In this document: positions 24,329 through 38,944 of the stretch, piece after piece
Numbering within the stretch: position 1 is the first letter of the stretch
Layout: each line of letters opens with the position of its first letter
Assembly: GCA_051294375.1 (NCBI GenBank)
Contig: CM119267.1
Span: forward strand, 6,313,992 to 6,377,991
From: Paraspadella gotoi
Taxonomy: Eukaryota > Animalia > Chaetognatha
Reading direction: 5' to 3'
DNA: 64,000 nucleotides
The notes under the pieces: generated by a model
What the model saw: only the letters and a program-made list of their open reading frames with translations
What the model was told of the DNA's origin: nothing
Databases searched by the model: none
Translations under genes and position numbers: made by a program

Positions 24329-26860
24329 GATGATGATCTTAAAATTCTTTTTACTTTTTAATTTTTTTCTTTTTACTTTTCCATTCTCCGCTCTCTCTCT
24401 ACCATGTCTCTACCATGTTTCTCTACAATGACTCTACCATATCTCTTTTAAATTAATCCATATTCGTTGATGTTGAAAGAATTTGGCATATATTACTTGT
24501 AATTATCGCCCCAATTAACCTTCTCAATGAAACCCTCACTTGTCTAACTACAACTCTCTCTCTTTCGCTAAAAGGATTTGTTTAATCCTCCTCCTCCTCC
24601 TCCTCCTCCTCCTCCTACGTCCCTGTTCTCTTTTTTTAGCGCCTATTAGCCGAGGAGAGAATTACGCGTTTTACTCCATACAACTGACGCCCACGCGGTA
24701 AAAAAGGAGAGAAGGGAGGAAGGCGTTTGTCCGGGGGAACGTTTTTTTTTTTCCGGCGATTGACCGTCTCTTCCTCGCCGCCGGAGTCGCCGCCGCCGCC
24801 GCCGCCATCGACGCCTCCTCCGCGAGTGTGAATCTCTCTCTCTCCCTCTCTCTGCCCAAAGCGGCAACCCGGGAGGTCAGACTGGTCGGCCTATTGACGC
24901 GAATGACCCCCTTGCCCACCCCCCTTTCGCCACCTTACCCCCTTCGCCCTTTCTCGTCCCACGATCGCGGCCAGCGGCGGTGAGGACGAGGCCTGGGGGG
25001 GGGGAGGAGAACGGAAGCGAGAACGAAGGGTCAGGGGTCAAAGGAGGAGGAAAGAGAGAGCTTCCTTCTTCTCCTGGACGCTTCCCTTTCCTTTTCCCTT
25101 TCCTTCCCAGGCCGCGGGTCAGTCCCTTTTTCTGCTGCCCCCGCGAGAAGTAACACACTCACACACAAAAGCGGCGTCCACCGGCTGAAGAGGAGGAAGA
25201 CTATATTTTTTAGGCGGGAGTTCGGGGGTTTACTTTATGTATTCCGTTTTGGTCGTCGTCGTCGTTGTCAGCTAAGCAACGGTCGAATCGGAAATAGATT
25301 AGTCAGAAGCTAAGTTTTGATGATGAATTAAAGTTGTAAATATAGTATATTTACTAAATATACGTAAGTACAATATGCAAGTATTTTTGATAAACGATAA
25401 AACCGCAAAAGTAAATTACGCAATTTCAAGACAAAAACATTCAAGTGTTTTGTTTGTTTTTCCTTAAACGAAAAAGCGAGAGAAAAAAACTGCGTTCGTT
25501 TCGTTTCGAGTTATTTATTCATCTCGTTTTCGATCCACCCCCCCCCCCTCTTCCAGCCCCCCTACAAAAAAAGCGCCTAAAAAACAGGGCATTCGTCGAC
25601 TAACGAGTCCATTAAGGAGGCCGACCTTCCCGCCCCGGTCACTGGTCAGTCGGACGAGGTCCGGCAAGGTCCGGCTTTCGCGTCCGTCGCCCATTTTCTC
25701 ACTCCGTGCTCTCCCTTAGCAACGGGGGCCAACATCCCCGGCTCACCCTAGCAACGAAGAAAAGAGAGAGAGAGCGGCGAGTCTGACCCCGCGTCGGTCG
25801 TTGGAAGGAGGAGGAAGCGAGTTCGCCTTGCCGACGCTCGTCGGCCTCTTCTTCTCAGCCCGACATTATCTTTCTTTGACCGACTCATTTTTTTTTTCTT
25901 GACCGGCGCGTTTACTTTTCCTTCTGGTTCTGTGTTCGGTTCCGTTTTGAGGAATCGTTACTTCTTTTTTTTTAAAAGCTATATTGATGGAATGTTTTTT
26001 TTTAAACTGAAGGCTTTCTTAAGATTTTTGCCCTTGTTTATTTTTTAACCAACAATTCCAGCTCCTTAATTCGATTGGTACGACCAAAATTATAATTATT
26101 ATTATCCAATATCCATTCATTTAATAAAAAAAAACTATTATGTCGCTCACTTTGAACACAATGTGATATGGCCGTCATTTCTCTTACAAGTAGATATCGT
26201 TGCAGGACCCTGAAAGCCTAATTATTGCTCCTTTTTATCAAAACAGTCAATGTTTCATATTCCAATTCAGTTTGCAAATGATAAACAATGACCAACCTTT
26301 CGACTTCCCGTCTCGTCAACCTCTCCTTCCTTTTTCCTTTTCTCCCTGCCTCCGGCGAATTTCGAGTCCAACACCTTCGGACAAGGAAGCGATCGAACGC
26401 TTGAATGGAATCGCGTTGCACGGATGGCACCGCGGAAGGCGTCGCCCTCCGGCGATGGAATCGAGTTTCCACGCCGCGGGCGAAGACGTCGTCGTCGTCT
26501 GGGTCGTCGTCGTCGTCGTCGAAAAAGTCGTCATTATGGACGTCGTTTTGGATGTAATGATTTCGTCAATTGTCTTTTTTTCGTGGAGATGTTTCAAGTA
26601 ATAATTTGGCAAATGAATAAAAGGTAGTGGAAGAAACGTTTCATGAAAATGGAGAGATAGAAAAAAAAAACAGTATTAGTGATGAGCGGGGTTTTAAAAG
26701 TATATAAATTACAATTACTATAGTAACTGTAGAGAGTTGCTGTGACTTAATGAATTTCTCTTTTCGCACGCAGGGCTATGAATGTAGATTGTAGACTCTA
26801 CTCTATTTAGTCTAAATTTTAGATTGTAACAGCCAGAGGAGATTCAAAGATATTCCTTTT

Positions 26861-26925
<65 letters not shown>

Positions 26926-27716
26926 AGAGAAGGGAAGAGAGGAGGAGAGAGAGAGAGAGAGAGAGAGACACTGAAGGGTAAGCGGAGGAAAGGGAGAGAG
27001 ACGGACACACACATAAAGAGCAGATGATGACACGAAAAAGGAAAAGGAAGACGAAACGGAATCGACTGATCCATATTTGGCTCGTCGCCATAGAAACGGG
27101 TCCGATCGTAAAAGGACGCGTTCAGTCCACTTTGCTATTGATATGGTGATTTATTGAAGAAGAGAGGAAATGTTTAAAATGCATGTTAAGATTGTGGTGA
27201 TGCAAACGAGATAATACAGAAAGAAATCGGCAAGCGCTAAAACATTTAAAAAACTGTAGTTTCGAAAAGCTTTCACGCCGAGCATTATCAAATACTCCGC
27301 CTTGTTATGTAAGATTGGTATTGATAGCATTTTTAAAACGTATTTTTAATAGTTTCTCTCCGACGAAATAATCAGAGCCAAGATCAGGCAGCGGCCACGA
27401 GGTTAGGTTAAGGGGGGAAGGGTTTGAGGCCCGGGCTTAGGGTCACGCCTTCCCCCCCCTCTGCCGAGTCCTCGACCGCAGAAGCGAAACGCAGTCAGCG
27501 GGAAAAAAAATATGGGAAGTTGAAATTGTCCGATATCGTGGCCTGGCTATTTTGGAGGAAGGGGAAAGGTCAAGATCATCCTCGTCTTGGATTTCGTGCT
27601 GGCCGCCGTCGTCGTCGTCGTCGTCGTCGTCGTAGCGGTCGACTCGCGAAGTCAAAGGTCGTGTTTTGATAGAAGGAAAATTCCTGGGGCCTCGGATTTC
27701 CCCGAAGGCTACACGA

Positions 27717-27857
<141 letters not shown>

Positions 27858-28042
27858 TCTCCTTGCTTCATATCCTCCTGGATACTACGAAATAGCGAAT
27901 GCGTAGGAAGGCCAGGCCGCCGGAGGCAAAGGAGATTCTTCGCTGTACAAGACATCGAACATGGTGCACCCATACTTAAAAAATTATGCACCCATACCTC
28001 AAAAACGTTCTTTGCATGGGCTTCGCTCAACATCTATCTTTT

Positions 28043-28087
<45 letters not shown>

Positions 28088-28819
28088 TAACGCACGTTCT
28101 TTACCACCTTATCGCAATTTTTCTTTTTTTACTACCGTTTTTACAATCCTGTTTGTTTTAAGTAGGAGACTGTTAAGATACCAAATGACGAATTAATGTG
28201 GCGGAACTATTATACTAACATTTAGTATTTACAATATGACGAATATGTTATGTCGTATCTACATGGTTTGTTTTGTTTAAACGATTCGGTTTAAAGTTTT
28301 TTTTATTATTGAATTCAACATTTTTATCATTTTATCTATTTCTTATCACCGTACTTCCTAAGGATGAACCAAAAATTGTTCGGTCATAAATATTTCAAAA
28401 CTCCAAAACTTATAACTTATAATTTTCAGTCTTCCAGCATTTCAATAACAAAATAAATGAGATATAAGTTAAAGAAAATGAAAATTATTTGCATCGATGC
28501 GTATTTTCCCGCGTAGTTCGTTCCCTTTCCACGCTCCCGTCCTCTTTACGCCTGACATCCGCTTCATCTTCGGTCCCCCGCCTTTGGTTCCCTATCTGTG
28601 ATCCGACAAAGAAAAATAGAGATGGAGACAGAAAAAAAAAAAAGAAAGAAAAGAAAAAACTAAGAAAAAACCCGGATAAGAAAAATTTCCTCCATTTTTT
28701 TTTATTCTTCTCCTGATTCCGTCGCCGAAAAAAAAAATATTGCTTCTCTATTATTCCTCCGCCTCTTTTTCCTCCTCGGGTTCCTAGTTCGCCTCCCGCC
28801 CCCAACAGTCGCATTTTCT

Positions 28820-29145
28820 CCTACCTCTCTCTCTAACTTCTTCCTTCTCCCCTTAACTCCACTCTTTATCCTTCCCCTCTTTCCTCCTCCCACTACCTCC
28901 ACTCTTTATCCTCCCTCCTCTCCCTAACCTTTTTCCCCTCCCCTAACTCCACTCTTTATTCTCCCCCCTCTCTCTAACCCCCTTCTCTTCCTCTACCTTC
29001 TCACTTTAATCATTCCTCTCTCCCTAACCCTATTTCTCCTCCCTCCTAGCCTCCTCTTTATCCTTCCCCTCTCCCATACCTCTTTCTCCTCCCTCTAAAC
29101 CTCCACTCTTTCTCCTACCTCCTCTCCTAACCTCTTTTCTTCTTT
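28820..29145. repeat. Degenerate pyrimidine-rich minisatellite
   Basis: Recurring unit containing CTCCACTCTTTATCCT...CCCTAACC at roughly 40-60 bp spacing. Confidence 0.6.
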
Positions 29146-29811
29146 CCCCCCCCCGCTCGGTCCCTTAATGCATGACCTGCCTTGAAATCATAAAATATGG
29201 GGACGAATTTTTGCCGAGGAAGCGGTTAACGTCAAAAAAAAGAGGAAGAACTCTGTTTTATTTTAAGTTTTTTTTTTTTAAATTTTTAAAATTTTTTCAA
29301 AAGAAAGTAGAAGTTCTCTATTTTTTTTCGTATTTGTCTCGTAAATCGTTTTCTGATCAGAGGAAGGCGGACAACGACCAAGATTCGAAAGGCCCTTCAG
29401 GGCGGAAGCTGTCCAGCGCTCTCTTGGAAGTTTACTGAACAATCATTATCGGTTAAATATTATATAGTTTTTAAGAGAACTCATTTTGGGCAAGATTTGT
29501 AGTTTAAATTCGAATTGTTATTCGGTCTCTGGTTGTCAGAAGGAAAATGATGAAATAATTTCTAAAACTCTAAAATCATTTTTCATCTTACAATAATATC
29601 CATTATTAGTGATCCTATTCTCTTTTTAACTAATATACTGAACTCTCTCTGTCATTTTCTCTCCTCTGTCGTTTCTTTTCTCTCATCTCTCTCTCTATCT
29701 ATATATTCCGTGGCTCGGATGACCCCCAGGGATCCCGTCGTGACCCGCGAGGCTGCGACCCTTGATGACCCCGGTCTCCCTTCCGGCTCGATACTTCGTT
29801 CGGAGTTTATG

Positions 29812-29906
<95 letters not shown>

Positions 29907-30254
29907 CCCCCTCTCTCTCGTTAAATATTCCGCATAAGAAAAAACTATAAAAAAAACTATATAAAGAATGACAAAAAATTTATTAATTTTACCCAGCTTG
30001 TTCAAAGGACGACATTTTTTTTGATTGATAACATTTTTGGTTTCGACTTTTTTCTTTGTATTTCTTTCTTCTCTTTTTTTTTCTTTATCAGTTTCGTTTT
30101 TCTTCCTCAAAAATTGTGTGTGTACTTATCTGATATCTCAAAGGAGTGGAGCTTTTTTTGGTAGAAAAAAAAACTACATATATGTAAAAGGAAGAGAGGG
30201 AAAAACGTCACGCGATAAAGGAAAGAGTGGGAGAGAGAGAGAGAGAGGAGAGAG

Positions 30255-30294
<40 letters not shown>

Positions 30295-31454
30295 CAGTTA
30301 CCGGGAAGTCTTAGTGTAAGGATAAATAGAGGAAAGAAAAAATTGGGCAGACATACTTAATACTTATCTTCAGTTTAGAATCAGGAAAAAAAAGATTGAG
30401 CATATTTCATATTTCATATTTCATTCAACTAACCAATAACCATGTATTAAAAAAATATGATTGTAATAACTCGTTTATTAGAACTTCGTAACTTCGTTCA
30501 TTAGAACTATGAAATGAATCTTCACGTTTCACGTGATTTCGTGAATAGATTTCCATCACAATGACGATCCTTACCCAAACCTTTCTCGTCCCCTTATCTT
30601 ATCTCACCCTTTCCCTCTAACCCCTTTTCGTTCGATTGCACATTGCCAGTCCTTACCTTTGACCTCATTTTTCTGACCCCAACCGGATTCGCTCTTGATT
30701 GTACGTCTGTCCGCGTACGTGTCTCGGGACATTTGGACGGACATCTTTCGGACAAATCTGAAAATCGGATTCGTCATTCTGCCTCTCGAGTTTGTCACGA
30801 TTTTTGTTCATTTTTCAGGAAAAGTCGAATAGGAAACGAATGGGTTATTTTGTACGTACACAAACTTTTCATTTCTGCGAGATGCACCAAAGCCAAAGTT
30901 AATGTCTGTGCAATTATTTTAAATACCTTGATTGAATCCAAAGAGGCCCGAGTTAAAATATTCTAAGATTTTATGATTTCTAGTATAGTAGGTTCCTTTG
31001 AATTTAGATTCATTCCGATTACAGAATCCCATCCCCGACTTTGCCTGAATTCTTTAAACGTTTTTCGTTTAAATAATAAATACGGACTTTGATATGGAAA
31101 TTCATTGTCTCGCCCATAGGAGACGCCTAAGCTTATTTCTATATATTTTTTTTCGTTGGAGATTGTCCGGAGATAAGAAAAAAAGGTTAAATGGTCCATT
31201 TTTTCGCAGAAAAAAAAGGGTTAGTAATATCTTACTTATTTATGCTGATCAATGCAGATTGTGTCTGAAGACAAACGTCACGATCTTTTGCTCCGAAATG
31301 GACGAAATCAGACCGAAACTGTTTTATTAGCTAATCTTGGCGGCGAGCTTTTGCTTTGATTACATAATTTTATAAATGTTAAGGGTTTAATTAAAGAAAC
31401 GAAAAACATACGCTTTTTTAGCATTAGTTAAAAAAAAAAAGAGGAGAGATATGC

Positions 31455-31887
31455 AGAGTGATGGAGGCCTTAAACCACCCAAAAGCCTGTCCAAAGTCAG
31501 GGGCGAGATAGCTTATTTATAAATGAATGGATAATTTTTATATTGGTTGTACCAATTTCATAAAATTCAGGCTCCTTGTATTTGATGCTAGTTGCGGAGT
31601 ACAATAAGTATTCCCGATCTAATACTTAAGGGAGTGGTCTTTTCATACAATTGAAACATTCTTTGAAAATATTTTCCACTTCATTGATAGGGAAGCCGGG
31701 TGCTCTGGGAGTGAATAAACGGACTGTGAGAGAGTCTTGATTGAAAGCTTGCAGGGACCTGCTATGTAATTATCTTGTAAGAGTGATGGAGGGCTTAAAC
31801 CACCAAAGCCCTGTCCAAAGGTCAGGGGCGAGATAGCTTATTTATTAAATGAATGGATAATTTTATATTGGTTGTACCAATTTCATA
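31455..31887. repeat. Direct repeat pair of ~108 bp (31455-31562 and 31780-31887) around a ~217-bp spacer
   Basis: AGAGTGATGGAGG..TTAAACCACC...CCTGTCCAAAG..CAGGGGCGAGATAGCTTATTT...GGTTGTACCAATTTCATA occurs twice with small indels. Confidence 0.8.
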
Positions 31888-32228
31888 TAGTAGGCGGGCA
31901 AAATTGAACACTTTTTATAACTTCTAGTTCTCTTTAAAAAGATTTTTTTCCTTTTTACTACTAAATCGATTTTTAATGTAACTTTTTGAATTAGTTCATT
32001 GGGTTGTTTGCACTGAAGCTTTTAAATATTATTAATATATAATAATTATATAAAGTTTTGACGGAATTGTGCCAGTGGAAATGAGTTTAGATGGAAAAAA
32101 CTTGAAATCTTTAATATTAATGATTACTAATAAATGTTTTAATTAATTAATTAATTAATTAATTAATGTGAAAAAATGAATGCAAGTTAAAAAATCTTAA
32201 GCATAAGATCGTCGCAATTGTATAAAAA

Positions 32229-32262
<34 letters not shown>

Positions 32263-32688
32263 TGACGAGAGAGAAAGAGAAGGAACATAATAAAATAGAG
32301 GATATTTGTTTGTTTTGATAAAATGTAAACAAAACATATTTAATAACTGTCTAAACCCAATTTTAAGGACATCGATGATGATAAGTTGAATATAAATTTA
32401 AAATTAATTATTACATATTAAAATTAATTAATTAATTAATTATCGATTAATTAATTATTATCGTAGGGAGATCCACATTGTTTGCTCAACTTCTTATATT
32501 TATATTTAAGGGTTAGTGAAAAACAACCTGAATCAGGATTCGAACGCAGACTTAGTTAAAGAAATAAAAAGTCTTATTATTCGAAAATTACATTACAAAT
32601 TGAAATAATATAAAAATTACGAAAATTATCATTAGTGGATTGTTTTTAAACTCCTCAATCTGCTTATTTTTTGGTTTCAATGGTAAGG

Positions 32689-32887
32689 AGGGCGACTTTC
32701 GTCATCTAGGTCGAGAGTTCGCATCTCCAAACCTCTTTTTTTTTATATAAAAAACGAATTTTTAACAGCTTTTGAGGCGCGAAAGCAGGGCGACTTTCGT
32801 CATCTTGGTCGAGAGTTCGGCATCTCCAAATCTCTCTTTTTTTTTATATAAAAAAAAAATAATTTTTTTTACGGCTTTTGTGGCGCC
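32689..32887. repeat. Tandem duplication of a ~98-bp unit
   Basis: AGGGCGACTTTCGTCATCT.GGTCGAGAGTTCG.CATCTCCAAA...GCTTTTG.GGCGC starts at 32689 and again at 32787. Confidence 0.8.
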
Positions 32888-33134
32888 CCAGTGGCGCCCA
32901 CAACGTGTCACAAAATAATTTTTGATTTGTTTGCTAATCCCCATATTTAACCCCGCACTTAAAAGCCCAGCCTTCCCATATTTAACCAAAAAAAATCTCT
33001 ATTTTTTTTTTAAAAAAAAAACATGAAATTGAAAGGATCGAACTTGAAAACCTAGATCTTGTTGTATTGGAAAATAAGGAAGAATTTTTCTACATTTGGT
33101 GAGAACGTAAGAACGTAAGATAAATTGGTGGGGA

Positions 33135-35355
<2,221 letters not shown>

Positions 35356-35426
35356 CTTTTTCAAAAACTATTTCCATTATTTGGGTGAACAAACTTATTT
35401 TTCCTTTCAAATTCTTTTTTTTTTTT

Positions 35427-36117
35427 NNNNNNNNNNNNNNNNNNNNNNNNNNNNNNNNNNNNNNNNNNNNNNNNNNNNNNNNNNNNNNNNNNNNNNNNNN
35501 NNNNNNNNNNNNNNNNNNNNNNNNNNNNNNNNNNNNNNNNNNNNNNNNNNNNNNNNNNNNNNNNNNNNNNNNNNNNNNNNNNNNNNNNNNNNNNNNNNNN
35601 NNNNNNNNNNNNNNNNNNNNNNNNNNNNNNNNNNNNNNNNNNNNNNNNNNNNNNNNNNNNNNNNNNNNNNNNNNNNNNNNNNNNNNNNNNNNNNNNNNNN
35701 NNNNNNNNNNNNNNNNNNNNNNNNNNNNNNNNNNNNNNNNNNNNNNNNNNNNNNNNNNNNNNNNNNNNNNNNNNNNNNNNNNNNNNNNNNNNNNNNNNNN
35801 NNNNNNNNNNNNNNNNNNNNNNNNNNNNNNNNNNNNNNNNNNNNNNNNNNNNNNNNNNNNNNNNNNNNNNNNNNNNNNNNNNNNNNNNNNNNNNNNNNNN
35901 NNNNNNNNNNNNNNNNNNNNNNNNNNNNNNNNNNNNNNNNNNNNNNNNNNNNNNNNNNNNNNNNNNNNNNNNNNNNNNNNNNNNNNNNNNNNNNNNNNNN
36001 NNNNNNNNNNNNNNNNNNNNNNNNNNNNNNNNNNNNNNNNNNNNNNNNNNNNNNNNNNNNNNNNNNNNNNNNNNNNNNNNNNNNNNNNNNNNNNNNNNNN
36101 NNNNNNNNNNNNNNNNN
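35427..36117. other. Assembly gap (N run)
   Basis: Run of N. Other gaps are at 24209-24218, 34342-34366, 42013-42037, 45641-45788 and 55825-55849. Confidence 0.99.
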
Positions 36118-38944
36118 GCGATGGATCGAGGGATCGGGCATGGCTGCGGAGGGAAGGCATGAGGAATGGGGGAGAGGTGGGAGGGAGAGGAAGATGGAGG
36201 AGCCTGCGTGGGAGGGAGAGATGAGGTGAAGAGGGAGGGAGGGCGAGTGACGGAGCGGCCGAGAGACTGAGGCGAACGAGCGAGGAGGAGAGGCGGCGAG
36301 GGCAGAGGGATGGAGAATAAGATATTGTGAAAGAGAGGGAGGAAAAGGGGACCAGAAGAAGGCAAGAGGACTGGAAGGATGTGTGGGGAGGGAAGAAGAG
36401 AGGGGAGAGGAAGGAATGTGTGGAGGGAAGGAGGGAGAGAGAAGGGGAGAGGGAGAGAGAGAGAGAGAGAGATCGTGAGGCAATGGGAAGAATAAGTTTG
36501 GTGGTGACGTAAAATAATAGAGAGTCGAAACTGTAAAGAAATGTTGATTGTTATTTTAAAACACTTTTACAAAGGGAAATCAAGAGCAACAAAACTAATA
36601 AGAAAAAGGCGAGAGAATAAGAGAAAATATAAAAGAAAGGGAAGTATGATTTAAAAGATAAAAAAAAGCGGAGAAAAAGGGAGAACGAAGAAAGAAAGAG
36701 AGAAAGAAAGAAGAAAAAGACAGAAAAAGAAAAAGAGAGAAAGAGAGGTGGCCGGGCGGAATGGACAGAAAGATCGGTCATCTAAGGGGAAAGACAAATA
36801 AACGTCGGTTCCTAAAGTCAACGATTTAGATAACGAAGCATAAAATTAAAAATATTAAAATATATATATTAAATTATATTAAAATATTAAATTCGATCTC
36901 GAATCGTATTCGATCGATTCGAGGTCATCAAACGCTTTCGCTTTGACCCGTCGCCCTGTTCCATTGTGTAAAACGCTATTTGTTGTTCCCCCCCAAAAGA
37001 GAACTTCCCTTCCACCTCCGCCCCGTTCCCCTTCCCCTTCCCCTCCCTTTTCTCCCTCATTCCCTTCCTCTTCTCCGTCGCTTTGGCGCCAATATTTAAA
37101 AAAACGAAGAATATACCTTTTTTTTCATTTCTCTCTTTCTCTGTCGTCTCGTCCCTTTCTCCCCTTTTGTCTTCTTCCTTCCATCACTCTTTTCATTCTT
37201 TCCCTCTCTCTCTCTCCTCTCTCTACTCTCTCCTCTCTCGTCTCTCTCCTCTCTCTCTCTCTCTCTTCTCCCTCTCTCTCTCTCCTCTATATCCCTTGTT
37301 ATTTTCCATCCCCACCAATTCTTTCCATCTCCCCTTTTTTCTCCCCTCCTTCCTTCTTCCTCCCCTTTTTTTCCTCTCTCCTTTTTTCTCTCTCTCTTCC
37401 TCCTTCCTCCATTTCCCCCTCCGCCATTCAAATCCTCCGCTCGATCCTCTCCCTCCTTTCCGCCCTTCTTTCCATTCACTCCAGTCGGCGTCGTTGTAGC
37501 GTCTCCGTCGGTAGAAACAGAAAAAAGAAAAGAGAGAAAAAGAGAAGAAAAGGAAAAAGAAAAGTTGCTCTCAATGCCTCCAGTTTCTCTTTTCTCCTCG
37601 ACCGCCGGCGCGTCGTCGTCGTCGTTCGTCGTGTCGTCCGTCGTCGTCGTCGTTCGGTAGTGAATGGAATAAAAGAGGAACCGGTTAACAAAAGAATAAT
37701 GTTGCTGATTCAAACAATCTTTGGTGGACTGTCGAAGGGATGGGAATGCGTAGGGAGAGTAGAGGGGGCAGCTAGAAAGAGGCGGTCTAGAGCGAGTACG
37801 CGTCGGCGCCGGCGGCGCGGGAGTTTCGATCGAACGGCGGGAGAGGGATGTCGGCCAGAGGTTGTCGCAGCGCCTCGGGGCGTTATGGCGCTGAGGGCGT
37901 GGCGCGAAGAACCGCCCCGCGTCTAGGGTGAGTTCTCGACTGACGGCGACGCCTCCGAGACGCCGATTGGGGCGCGGCGGCGCGCTGCGGCGAAACGGAA
38001 GGGCGTTTCCGAGAGATCAATCTCTCCTCGGATCGTCGAATTTTAACGTCGCAGCAGAGCGCGCCGGGCGTCAATGTCGGCATTTCGGTCGCCGTGCCAC
38101 CGGGCCTCATGCTCCGTCGCGCGCCCGAACGCCGACGCCAGGGCGCAATGCTCATGGCGTCGCCAGCGCCGGAAGGATCGACGCAATGCGGGCGGTTACG
38201 GACATGAGCGCTATAAGCGGAGGCGTCCCACGGCGGCGTCGGCGGTGGCGCTTTCCGGTCAACGACGTCCGTCAAAGTCTTTAGTCGCCTGAAAAATCGC
38301 CTTTGTTTTTTTCTTTTTCTTTTTTTAGTGTCCTCGTTGACGCTGACGGCGTTTCGATAATCCGCCAGCCGGACGAACGATAACGATACGACGAAAAACT
38401 GAAAAGAAGACGACGACGACTGACGACGCCCGCAGTCATGCATAAAGTCGTCGAAAAAGTTTTCTTATTTCTTCTTCCGTACATCGTCGTCGTCGCTCGT
38501 CGGTCACGAACGATCCTGAGATATGAAAACGTCGGGTCAGTGGAGGTTAATGGCGGAATAGCGTAGTGGTGAATGGGTGGGTAAGTTGAAAGGCGGGGAG
38601 GTAGGGGATGCTGGAGAAGGAGGGGGCGTAGATTGAAATGTGGTGGGCGGGGAAGAAAGGTGGTGACGAATTGAAGGGGGAGGGTGCAAAGGGTGTTGCG
38701 ATGAGGGCGTTGGTGAGTGAGTGTGAGTTGATGTGAAGGGTGAAGTGGGAGAATAAAAGATCGGAATTTATTTAATGACGTTTGGAGTTTTTTGTTTGTT
38801 CGTTTGGATGTTTAATAATTAACAAACTGTTGTGGAGATAAATGATCCCTTTATTTCCAGAAGAAAACTGTATGTGTAACTTATCCCAATTCTTGTATAT
38901 ACGAAATATTCGTCGAATATGTTTACCTAAAGGTAGCTAATATT

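Noticed and set aside
31455-32887. Short direct repeats as a CRISPR-like array
   Set aside because: Eukaryotic context, only two copies each, repeat length ~100 bp and no cas genes.
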